Assembly (NCBI GenBank): GCA_029262835.1
Contig: JAJCYQ010000003.1
Span: forward strand, 13,507 to 77,506
Source: Bacteroidota bacterium
Lineage (GTDB): Bacteria > Bacteroidota > Rhodothermia > Rhodothermales > UBA10348
Length of the DNA stretch: 64,000 nt
Direction of reading: 5' to 3'
The notes under the pieces are model-generated. The model had not been told where the DNA came from, ran no database searches, and was given only the letters and a program-made list of their open reading frames with translations. Below are positions 29,124-37,728 of the stretch, in pieces (the first letter of the stretch is position 1; the number at the start of each line of letters is the position of its first letter). Made by a program: the position numbers and the translations under genes.

Positions 29124-29516
29124 ATGTCTTATATGGAAATGGGAGGCGTCTTCATGATGCCCATGTTACTGCTCGGACTCGTCGGATTGGTGTTGGGGCT
29201 GGCTGCCCTGTTGGGAGCGGGTGGAGGCGCTGTAGACGGGGGAGCAGCGCACGGCGTCGCGGCGTGGAAGGCGCGCGCCCCGCTGATGGCCGATGTTACG
29301 CGGCACCTGGCCGTGTTGCTCTTCGTAATGGGCCTTTTGTCGCAGGCCATGGGGCTGTATCAGGCGCTCTCGATCATTGAGTCTGTCGGCGGGCAGGTAT
29401 CTCCCGGCCTCGTAGCTGGGGGCGTCAAGGTGAGCTTCATTGCCCCGATGTTCGGAGGGATCGAATTCGTTGTACTCTATGCGCTCTACGTGGCTGCGCG
29501 GTGGCGTATGAGCTGA
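29124..29516 (+). CDS. small 3-TM membrane protein (MotA/TolQ/ExbB-like)
   Basis: AGGAGG RBS; MGGVFM.P; GLYQALSIIE..GQVSPGLVAGG.KVS.IAP.FG. Confidence 0.7.
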   Translation: MSYMEMGGVFMMPMLLLGLVGLVLGLAALLGAGGGAVDGGAAHGVAAWKARAPLMADVTRHLAVLLFVMGLLSQAMGLYQALSIIESVGGQVSPGLVAGGVKVSFIAPMFGGIEFVVLYALYVAARWRMS

Positions 29517-29664
29517 AACACGTAACGAACGCACGCTTGAGCCTGGTCGGTCGCTGTCATGTGGCAGGCCCGCGACGAATGCGCTGAGCGGGAGTGGCCC
29601 ATGTCGTATTTTGGACGCGTGTTGACACGACACGACGCACCCTGCCCCACAACGACTGCGACCC

Positions 29665-30747
29665 ATGGACCTATTGACCAACCAGGAATTTTTCGGATGG
29701 CCCCTTCTTGAATGGGCCAAGCTCATTGGACTATGGATCCTGTTCACGGCCGTCGGGCTCGGCGTGAGGCGTGTTTTTTTCGGCCGGTTCACGGCGCTGG
29801 CCGCGCGGACATCGAACCGGGTTGACGATGTGATTGCGGAGGTGCTGGGAGGCACCCGGACGTTCTTTCTGGCGGTCGTGGCGCTCTGGATTGCGGTCGA
29901 ATACCGGACGGAAGATGCGCCGGCGGCCGTCACACTGCAGCGCATTGTGTTTGTGGGGTTGATTCTTCAGCTCGGCCTTTGGGGCAACGATATCATTCGT
30001 CTTGCCGCGACGTGGTACGCTGAGGCCAAGAACGACGACCCGGCGCAGGTGACGGCGGTCAAGGCGATTGGGCTCGTTGGCAAACTCGTACTCTGGTCGG
30101 TCCTCTTCCTCGTGGCGCTCGACAACTTCGGTGTTGACATCACGGCGCTCGTGGCGGGGCTCGGTATTGGCGGCATTGCCATTGCGCTGGCCGTGCAGAA
30201 CGTGTTGCAGGATTTGTTGGCCTACATATCCATCGTGGTCGATCAGCCGTTCGTGTACGGCGACTTTCTGGTCCTGAATGAGCTCTCGGGCACGGTGGAG
30301 CATATTGGCATCAAAACGACGCGCCTGCGGAGCCTCTCGGGCGAGCAGATCATTTTTTCGAACAACGACCTGCTGTCGAGCCGCGTGCGCAATTTCAAGC
30401 GCATGTACGAGCGGCGCGTCGTATTCCAGGTCGGCGTGACCTACGATACGCCGCACGAGAAGCTGAAGGCTATTCCCGGCATGCTTCGCGCGGCCGTCGA
30501 GGCAAGTGCCGACGTGCGCTTCGACCGCGCGCACCTGAAGGCGTTCGGGGACTTCTCGATCAACTTCGAGACGGTCTATTACGTGCTCGTAGCCGACTAC
30601 GCCGTCTACATGGACCGCCAGCAGGAAATGAACCTGGCCATCCACCAGCGATTCACGGACGAGGGCATTGAATTCGCCTTCCCGACGCAGACGCTGCACG
30701 TGGAGTCGCTACCGGGTGCAGGGTTGGAGCCCGATAGCGCCCACTGA
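29665..30747 (+). CDS. small-conductance mechanosensitive channel family protein
   Basis: ALVAGLGIGGIAIALAVQ, PF..GD, GTVEHIGIKTT, GIEFAFPTQT. Confidence 0.92.
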   Translation: MDLLTNQEFFGWPLLEWAKLIGLWILFTAVGLGVRRVFFGRFTALAARTSNRVDDVIAEVLGGTRTFFLAVVALWIAVEYRTEDAPAAVTLQRIVFVGLILQLGLWGNDIIRLAATWYAEAKNDDPAQVTAVKAIGLVGKLVLWSVLFLVALDNFGVDITALVAGLGIGGIAIALAVQNVLQDLLAYISIVVDQPFVYGDFLVLNELSGTVEHIGIKTTRLRSLSGEQIIFSNNDLLSSRVRNFKRMYERRVVFQVGVTYDTPHEKLKAIPGMLRAAVEASADVRFDRAHLKAFGDFSINFETVYYVLVADYAVYMDRQQEMNLAIHQRFTDEGIEFAFPTQTLHVESLPGAGLEPDSAH

Positions 30748-30797
30748 GCCAGGTGATGCGGGTCGGGGCCTGGAGCTGCTCCCGGAGCGCCCGTGGC

Positions 30798-31382
30798 CTA
30801 TTCCCGGAGCGCCAGGCGGATCATGTCCTCGGCGCTCGTGGCGTCCGGGTACTTCTCGGTGACGCTCCGGAGCGCTTTGATGGCAGCGGCCTGCGAAAGG
30901 CCGAGGGCCTGCAGCGCGGCGAGGGCGTCTTTCGCCGTGTCTGGCTGGGTGGATGCGCCCGCCGCGCCGTCCTCAGCGAGCGCAGCCATGCGGTCGCGAA
31001 GCTCGAGCACCATGCGCTGGGCGGTTTTCTTGCCGACGCCCGGAATGCGGGTCAGCATGGCGTGGTCCCCATCCACAATACGGCGCTGGATTTCAGATGG
31101 GCTCATGGCGCTGAGTGCCGCGAGCGCGAGTTTCGGCCCGACGCCCGATACGGCAATCATGAGCGAGAAGACGTTGTACTCCGAGTCGGTGGCGAATCCG
31201 AAGAGGTCCTCGGCATCGTCTCTGACGGAGTGATACGTGGTCAGCCGGGCGGGTTTCCCTGTCGCCGGCAGGGCCTCAAAGGTCGACGTCGGAATGTAAA
31301 TGCGATAGCCTATCCCGGCCGCCTCGATGATGGCTTCGGTGGGTTTCTTGAGGGCGAGGGTACCTGCGATGTAGGCGATCAT
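30798..31382 (-). CDS. ruvA: Holliday junction branch migration protein RuvA
   Basis: MIAYIAG, GIGY, VSGVGPKLA, IPGVGKKTAQRMVLEL. Confidence 0.95.
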   Translation of the reverse strand: MIAYIAGTLALKKPTEAIIEAAGIGYRIYIPTSTFEALPATGKPARLTTYHSVRDDAEDLFGFATDSEYNVFSLMIAVSGVGPKLALAALSAMSPSEIQRRIVDGDHAMLTRIPGVGKKTAQRMVLELRDRMAALAEDGAAGASTQPDTAKDALAALQALGLSQAAAIKALRSVTEKYPDATSAEDMIRLALRE

Positions 31383-33289
31383 GGGTTGGTCGTCGGGTTG
31401 GCGGGTTCGCTGGGCGATGTGGGGTCGGAGGGTTCGCTGGTCAATGCGCGGTCGGAGGGCTCGGCGGGGGCCGTTCGGCGCGCCGTAATGGGAAGGCGGC
31501 GGCCGGCACCGAAGGCCTTGGCCGAAACGCGCAGCCCCGGGGCGGCCTGTTTGCGCTTGTACTCGTTCCGGTCGACCGCGCGGAGAATGCTGCCAACGAG
31601 TTCGGCGTCGAAGCCGGTTGCACGGGAGATGGCTGCTGCGCCCTGGCGCTCGTCAATGTAGCGCTCGAGAATGGCATCGAGCACCTCGTAGGGCGGGAGC
31701 GAATCTTCGTCCTTCTGGTCCGGCCGGAGTTCGGCCGACGGGGGTTTTTCGATGGTTGACTGCGGGATAACGTCCCGCCCGGCACGCTCATTGATATGGC
31801 GGGCGAGCGCGTAGACATCGACTTTGTAGACATCGGCAAGGACGGCGAGGCCGCCCGCCATGTCGCCATACAGCGTGGCGTAGCCCATGGCGAGTTCGCT
31901 CTTGTTGCCCGTTGCCAACAGCAGCAGGTTGAACTTGTTGGAGAGCGCCATGAGCGTCGTGCCGCGAACGCGCGCCTGGATGTTTTCTTCGGCGAGGCCG
32001 CGTGGCGTGCCCTCGAAGTGGGGCGCGAGCATGTCTTCAAGGGCCTTGACGGCGGGTTCAATGGCGATTTCGTGGAGCTGGATGCCGAGTGCGCTGGCGA
32101 GCGCCCGGGAGTCCGAGACACTGCCCGTGGAGCTGAACCGCGAGGGGAGCGTGGCGCCCAGCACCTTGTCCGGCCCGAGGGCCTCGACGGCGAGGGCGGC
32201 GGTAACGGCCGAGTCTATCCCGCCCGAGAGCCCAATAAGGGCCCCATCGAAGGCGCCCGACTTCGCGGCGTAGTCGCGGATGCCGAGCACGAGCGCGTTG
32301 TGGATCAGGGCAATGGTATCACGCGGAGATGCGGAGGTGTGCGTTGCGGCAGTGAGCGTTGCGTTGGTTGGCGTTTTGTTGGTAGGCTCGGCGGTACACG
32401 GGGCCGGGCCGGCGGTAGTCCGGGCGTCGCCCGGCCGCGCGAATTCCCAGTACACGATGGCCTCTTCGAAGGCGGGGGCGTGCGCAGTGATGACGCCGGA
32501 TGCCCCGTGCACGCGGCTGTCGCCATCGAAAATGAGATCCGTGTTGGCGCCCACCTGGTTGACGACGACAATCGGCAGGCCGTGGCGCTGGCAAATGGCT
32601 TCGCCGAGAGCGGTACGCGTTGCGGGTGCGTGGTCGGAGAAAGGGCTGGCCGAGATATTGATGAAGAGGTCGGGCCCGAGCGCGGCGAGGTCATCGATGG
32701 GATGCGCCGCATACAGGTGGTAGGACGCGGCGAAGGGCTCATTCCACATATCCTCACAGATGCTGACGCCGAGCCGCGTGCCACGAAATGTCATGAGCGG
32801 CTGGGGGCCGGCAGCCTCGAAATATCGGCTTTCGTCGAATACGTCGTAGGTCGGCAGGAGGCGCTTGTGGATAACCTGTGGAGAATGTCCTTTTTCAATC
32901 AGGATGGCAGCGTTGAGGAGCGGTTTTCCGCCGTGCCTGTCCGGTTCGTTCTGTTTGCCCGGTCCGCTTGTTGTGGCATCGCCAGCCGCCACAGTCTCTT
33001 TGGCCTCGCTGGGAGCCGCCGCGGACGGGTTCGGGACGGGAGCCCCAAAGAGCAGGCCAATGCCCTCTGGAAGAGCCGCTTCAAGGGCACGCGTGGCGCG
33101 CTCCACATCCCCGAGGAAGGCGGCATCGTAGAGCAGATCGAGCGGCGGGTATCCGGTCAGCGAAAGTTCGGGCGAGACGACGAGATCTGCGCCAGAAGCC
33201 TTCGCCTCACGGCAGGCCGCGAGCAGGCGGCGGCTGTTTCCGGCCAGATCTCCGACCGTCTGGTTGATTTGTGCGAGAGCGATTTTCAT
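31379..33289 (-). CDS. nadE: glutamine-dependent NAD+ synthetase
   Basis: Nitrilase domain (PELSLTGYPP, KRLLPTYDVFDE, ICEDMW); GLSGGIDS, ENIQAR, TGNKSE, LYGDM, PSAELRPDQ. Confidence 0.95.
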   Translation of the reverse strand: MKIALAQINQTVGDLAGNSRRLLAACREAKASGADLVVSPELSLTGYPPLDLLYDAAFLGDVERATRALEAALPEGIGLLFGAPVPNPSAAAPSEAKETVAAGDATTSGPGKQNEPDRHGGKPLLNAAILIEKGHSPQVIHKRLLPTYDVFDESRYFEAAGPQPLMTFRGTRLGVSICEDMWNEPFAASYHLYAAHPIDDLAALGPDLFINISASPFSDHAPATRTALGEAICQRHGLPIVVVNQVGANTDLIFDGDSRVHGASGVITAHAPAFEEAIVYWEFARPGDARTTAGPAPCTAEPTNKTPTNATLTAATHTSASPRDTIALIHNALVLGIRDYAAKSGAFDGALIGLSGGIDSAVTAALAVEALGPDKVLGATLPSRFSSTGSVSDSRALASALGIQLHEIAIEPAVKALEDMLAPHFEGTPRGLAEENIQARVRGTTLMALSNKFNLLLLATGNKSELAMGYATLYGDMAGGLAVLADVYKVDVYALARHINERAGRDVIPQSTIEKPPSAELRPDQKDEDSLPPYEVLDAILERYIDERQGAAAISRATGFDAELVGSILRAVDRNEYKRKQAAPGLRVSAKAFGAGRRLPITARRTAPAEPSDRALTSEPSDPTSPSEPANPTTNP

Positions 33290-34788
33290 TCGGGGCGGGT
33301 TGGGGGCGCTGCGACGGAAAGCTCGCCTGCCTCGCGCGCGTAGAGCTCGTCGCGGTAGGCTCTTTTCAGCGCGGACTGGAAGTGATGTACGCCGCCTTCG
33401 AGGTCGTACGAGAAGCGGCCGCGGTCGTAGGCGTTCGACTGGAGGCCGCGCTGCACGTGCTCGCAGATGTCGATGTCCTCAGCCTGGACGCGATCGCTGA
33501 AGGCGCGATCGGCGGCAATGCGGTCGGGGGGAATGCGGTCGACGACGGTCCGGCCGGTCGTCCGATGGGTCGTAGCGGGCGGGGCCTTGGGCTCGGCGCC
33601 TTCGGACTCGCTGCCAGGGTTGGGCCCAGGGGACGACGTTGACTGTCCGTAGTAGTAGTCAAATACTACAGAGCAGGCATTGCTCGCCACCTGATCGACC
33701 CGGTTCACCTGCAGGCGGCCGGGCAGGATGTTGAGCATCAGGTTGGGAAATACGAAATAATAGTAGGCCTGCTCGTTGGCGGCTCCATAAGCCTTGGAAG
33801 CTGCCTTTATCGGGCTGTGCTGCAACGAGTACCAGTCAAAAGTCTCGGTCACGTATGTGCTGAAATCCAGCAGGTCGCAGAGCTCCGGATGGACAAGCGG
33901 GAGGTGGTAGCCTTCGAGATAGTTGTCTACATACACCTTCCAGTTGGCCTTCACCGCGTAGACGTCGCGCGCGGCGTACGTGAAGGAGGCGAGGTCGTAG
34001 AGGGCGTTTGGCGCCTGTGATTCCGGTGCCAGTGATTCCGGTGCAGATTTTTCCTTGGCGGGCATTTCGCGTGATGTATAGTCGGCCGCGGCCCCTGGCG
34101 CGAGGACGTCCGCAGCGCCTGGAGCAGGGACGCGCGCAGCCGGATCGACGCCCGTAATGCGCTCGCGGATGCCCTGCATGATGTCGGCAAGCGGCGGCGT
34201 TTCATCCGGCCGCAGGCAGACGAACAGGAGGCCCTCCCAGATGCCAACGGCGATTTCGGTAAGGCCGTAATCGCGCTTGTCGAAGAGCTCGGTGCGGTCG
34301 AAGCGTGGCACGCCGCGGAGCATGCCGTCGAGCCGATAGGTCCAGCCGTGGTATTGGCACTGCAGCATGCGGGCTGCGCCGCAGGGGGTGGTTACAAGGG
34401 GACCGCCGCGGTGCTTGCACACATTGTAGAAGGCCCGAAGCCGCCCCGCCCGGTCGCGGACGGCGACGACGGGGTTGCCGGCGACGATGTCGCTTACGAA
34501 CGTACCGGGCTCGGCAACGCGGCTCGCCGGCCCCACGTATTGCCAGGAGCGCTCAAGGACAACCTTGCGGTCGAAGGCGTGGAAGTCGGCGTCCACATAC
34601 CAGGCGCTCGGAATGGTCTCGCTCGTGGCAAGCGGCGATATGCCAAGATCCTCTGCGCGCAGCGCGGCAGGGCGCGCTGCAAGAAGGCCGTCAGCGCGAC
34701 GTTCCATGCAACCTGCAGATGGGTTATCGGAATGCCCAGCAATCGGGCCCTCCCCTCTGGGGGATATATGTGGAAAAGGTGTGGACAT
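33286..34788 (-). CDS. Rieske aromatic-ring-hydroxylating oxygenase alpha subunit (choline/carnitine monooxygenase-like)
   Basis: NVCKHRG..CQYHGW Rieske site; NWKVYVDNYLEGYHLPLVH; EDIDICEHVQRG. Confidence 0.85.
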   Translation of the reverse strand: MSTPFPHISPRGEGPIAGHSDNPSAGCMERRADGLLAARPAALRAEDLGISPLATSETIPSAWYVDADFHAFDRKVVLERSWQYVGPASRVAEPGTFVSDIVAGNPVVAVRDRAGRLRAFYNVCKHRGGPLVTTPCGAARMLQCQYHGWTYRLDGMLRGVPRFDRTELFDKRDYGLTEIAVGIWEGLLFVCLRPDETPPLADIMQGIRERITGVDPAARVPAPGAADVLAPGAAADYTSREMPAKEKSAPESLAPESQAPNALYDLASFTYAARDVYAVKANWKVYVDNYLEGYHLPLVHPELCDLLDFSTYVTETFDWYSLQHSPIKAASKAYGAANEQAYYYFVFPNLMLNILPGRLQVNRVDQVASNACSVVFDYYYGQSTSSPGPNPGSESEGAEPKAPPATTHRTTGRTVVDRIPPDRIAADRAFSDRVQAEDIDICEHVQRGLQSNAYDRGRFSYDLEGGVHHFQSALKRAYRDELYAREAGELSVAAPPTRPE

Positions 34789-35676
34789 CTACCTGGTTGG
34801 GGGGTCTGAAGCGGTGTCAAGGGCGCGGCGCGCGGCGCTCTCGTCCATGTCGCGCCCTGTCCAGCGGCGGAAGCTGGCGGCGGCCTGGCCAATCAGCATA
34901 TCGAGTCCACCGAGCGTCCGCGCGCCGCGCCCAGCCGCTTCGCGCAGCAGCCGCGTCGGGTGCGGTTTGTAGACGAGGTCATATACCAGCTGCCGCGGCG
35001 ATACGTGCGAGGTGTCGGGAAGCGGTGTTTCGTCTGCGCGTGGATGCATGCCGACCGATGTGGCGTTGACCACGATATCGACCTCGCCGGCCCGCCTGGA
35101 TCGCTCTTCCCAGGGTACGGCCTCGACCAGCACGCCCGTCGGGCACTGGACATTGATTTCGCCGGCCAATTGGCGGGCCTGCTCGTGCCGCCGGCCGCAG
35201 ACGAAAACGTGCTCAGCGCCGAGTTCATGTCCGAGCGCCCAGGCGGCGGCGCGCGCGGCGCCCCCCGTGCCCAGCACGAGGGCCGCCGCGGGCGCCAGCC
35301 CGCTGATCGGCGCAGTGAATCCGGCGGCATCGGTATTGTCGCCCGAGAGCCGGCCGTCATCGCCGAAGTATATGGTGTTCACCGCGCCGATCGCGCGCGC
35401 CGCCGCCGTCAGATGGTCCAGATAGGGAATTACCGCCTGCTTGTGGGGAATCGTCACATTCGCCCCCACAACGTGCATGGCCTCGAGCCCGTGAATGGCC
35501 GCGCCGATGTGCGCCGCATCTACCCGGACCGCCACGTAAACCATGTCAAGCCCGGCCGCCCGCATGGCCGCCGTCATGATCGTAGGCGAGAGCGAGTGGC
35601 CCACCGGGTCGCCGAGAAGCAGCGCCAGGCGCGTCGTTCCCGTCGGCAGGAAACCATATTCAGAAAGTCCGTTCAC
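34789..35676 (-). CDS. aroE: shikimate dehydrogenase
   Basis: HSLSP, GANVTIPHK, GAVNT, NTD, GTGGAA, VNATSVGM, DLVY, GLDML..QA. Confidence 0.93.
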   Translation of the reverse strand: MNGLSEYGFLPTGTTRLALLLGDPVGHSLSPTIMTAAMRAAGLDMVYVAVRVDAAHIGAAIHGLEAMHVVGANVTIPHKQAVIPYLDHLTAAARAIGAVNTIYFGDDGRLSGDNTDAAGFTAPISGLAPAAALVLGTGGAARAAAWALGHELGAEHVFVCGRRHEQARQLAGEINVQCPTGVLVEAVPWEERSRRAGEVDIVVNATSVGMHPRADETPLPDTSHVSPRQLVYDLVYKPHPTRLLREAAGRGARTLGGLDMLIGQAAASFRRWTGRDMDESAARRALDTASDPPTR

Positions 35677-35758
35677 ACGTGAAATTATGCGTTGCGTTTA
35701 CGCACGCAAGATAGTAGCCTGTACTTGAAATTCAGAACCTCGATCGAACGCACCAACC

Positions 35759-37162
35759 ATGAACGTATCCTTTCTTGAGCAGGTAGACCGCATGTTCGCC
35801 AAAGCATGCAGTCACACCGACCATCCTGACGGCCTGCTGAAGCAGATAAAAATCTGTAACAGCATGTACCACATGCAGTTTCCTCTGAAGAGGGATGATG
35901 GGTCGATCGAAGTCATCCAGGCCTGGCGGGCGGAGCACAGCCACCACAAGCATCCGGTCAAGGGCGGCATCCGATACGCGGACAACGTGAACGAGGATGA
36001 AGTCGCGGCGCTGGCGTCGCTCATGACCTACAAGTGCGCCATCGTGAACGTCCCGTTCGGCGGTGCGAAGGGCGGCATCAAAATCAACCGCAACAATTAC
36101 TCGGACGCCGAGCTCGAGCGCATTACGCGCCGCTACACGTACGAACTGCTCAAGAAGAACTTCATCGGACCGGGCGTTGACGTGCCCGCGCCCGATTACG
36201 GCACGAGCTCCCGAGAAATGGCGTGGATCCTCGACACGTACAACTCCATGACCGACGACATCCTCTCGTCCGAGGCGTGCGTGACGGGCAAACCCGTTCG
36301 CCAGGGCGGCGTGCGCGGGCGCAACGAGGCCACCGGGCGCGGCGTCGCCTACGGCATTGTGGAGGCCTGCTGTGACGCCGGAGACATGAAGAAACTGGGC
36401 CTCGAGAAGGGCGTCGCCGGCAAGCGGGTCATTGTGCAGGGGCTCGGAAACGTCGGCTACCACGCCGCCCTCTACCTCGTCGAGGAAGGCGCTATTCTGA
36501 CAGGTATCGCCGAATACGAAGGGGCCATCTACTCGGAAGCAGGGCTGGACCTGCAGGCCGTCGTCGACCACCGCCGCGAGACCGGATCCATCCTCGGATT
36601 TCCGGGCGCGACGGACGTACCCCGCTCGGCCGATGCCCTGCTGCTCGACTGCGATATTCTCGTTCCGGCGGCCCTCGAAGGACAGATCACCAAGGACAAC
36701 GCCCCTCGAATCAAGGCCAAGATCATTGGCGAGGCGGCGAATGGTCCGGTTACAGCCGATGCCGACGCCATTCTGCTCGACAAGGGGGTAATGATCATCC
36801 CGGACGTCTACCTGAACGCTGGCGGCGTCACCGTCTCCTATTTCGAGTGGCTCAAAAACCTTTCGCACGTGCGTTTCGGGCGCATGTCCAAGCGCTTCGA
36901 GCAGTCATCGAACGAACGCATTATCAAGGCCATTGTAGATGCGACGGGCATTACGCTGCCCGCCGAACAGATTTCTATGCTGTCGCGCGGCGCCGACGAA
37001 CTCGATCTGGTGAACTCGGGCCTGGAAGAGACCATGATCACGGCCTACAAGGAAATCCGAGAGGTGGCCAAGGAGCACAGTACGGACCTTCGCACGGCCG
37101 CCTTCATCAACGCCATTGACAAAGTCGCCGTGTACTACAACGACATGGGCATTTTTCCGTGA
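35759..37162 (+). CDS. gdhA: Glu/Leu/Phe/Val dehydrogenase (animal-type glutamate dehydrogenase)
   Basis: [61 protein letters not shown]. Confidence 0.92.
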   Translation: MNVSFLEQVDRMFAKACSHTDHPDGLLKQIKICNSMYHMQFPLKRDDGSIEVIQAWRAEHSHHKHPVKGGIRYADNVNEDEVAALASLMTYKCAIVNVPFGGAKGGIKINRNNYSDAELERITRRYTYELLKKNFIGPGVDVPAPDYGTSSREMAWILDTYNSMTDDILSSEACVTGKPVRQGGVRGRNEATGRGVAYGIVEACCDAGDMKKLGLEKGVAGKRVIVQGLGNVGYHAALYLVEEGAILTGIAEYEGAIYSEAGLDLQAVVDHRRETGSILGFPGATDVPRSADALLLDCDILVPAALEGQITKDNAPRIKAKIIGEAANGPVTADADAILLDKGVMIIPDVYLNAGGVTVSYFEWLKNLSHVRFGRMSKRFEQSSNERIIKAIVDATGITLPAEQISMLSRGADELDLVNSGLEETMITAYKEIREVAKEHSTDLRTAAFINAIDKVAVYYNDMGIFP

Positions 37163-37238
37163 TCTCCTGTTGTTGCGCCAGCCGCACTGCATCCGAGGAC
37201 CGGTATGATTCGATGCATAGTGGGCCGAGGAAGGCACC

Positions 37239-37664
37239 TCACACGGCCCGCTCGTACTCGGCCCAGCACGTCTCCGTCTCGCTTGCGCGGACCCGGATGG
37301 TGTGGATGCGGCGCTCGCGCAGCAGGTCCGCTGCCTCGAGTGCCAGATGGTCGGCAACAAAGCGGCAGATGTTCTCGGCCGTCGTATCGTAGGGGAGCAC
37401 GCTGTGCCGCCATCCCGACTCGCGCATGACGCCGAGGAGCTTGGTATCGTTTTCGGCTACGAGTGTGCTGTGGTCCCACTCCTCAATCAGCGGCATGAGC
37501 GCGCGCTTGAGGTGCTTGAAATCCACGAGCAGGCCGTTTTCATCGACGTCGCCCTCCACCTCGACGAACATGCAGTAGGAGTGGCCGTGCAGGTCGCGGC
37601 AGCGGCCCTCATGCCAGGGCAGTCGGTGCGCGCCCTCCCATCGGAATCGTTTGGCAATTTTCAT
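37239..37664 (-). CDS. queD: 6-carboxy-5,6,7,8-tetrahydropterin synthase (PTPS/QueD family)
   Basis: AHRL..H.G.C..LHGHSY, DF..LK, DH, TTAENI, ETET. Confidence 0.85.
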   Translation of the reverse strand: MKIAKRFRWEGAHRLPWHEGRCRDLHGHSYCMFVEVEGDVDENGLLVDFKHLKRALMPLIEEWDHSTLVAENDTKLLGVMRESGWRHSVLPYDTTAENICRFVADHLALEAADLLRERRIHTIRVRASETETCWAEYERAV

Positions 37665-37728
37665 GCCGCCTCGAACGAGCCGAAGGGCAGAGCCGTTCCA
37701 CGTTGGACACCATACGGCATCCAGCCGT

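Noticed and set aside
31379-33289. nadE as part of the SIR2 NAD-depletion system
   Set aside because: It is ~20 kb away in a housekeeping operon with host-like composition; no evidence of linkage
37665-37728. preQ1 riboswitch upstream of queD
   Set aside because: No stem plus A-rich tail consensus visible in the short GC-rich spacer
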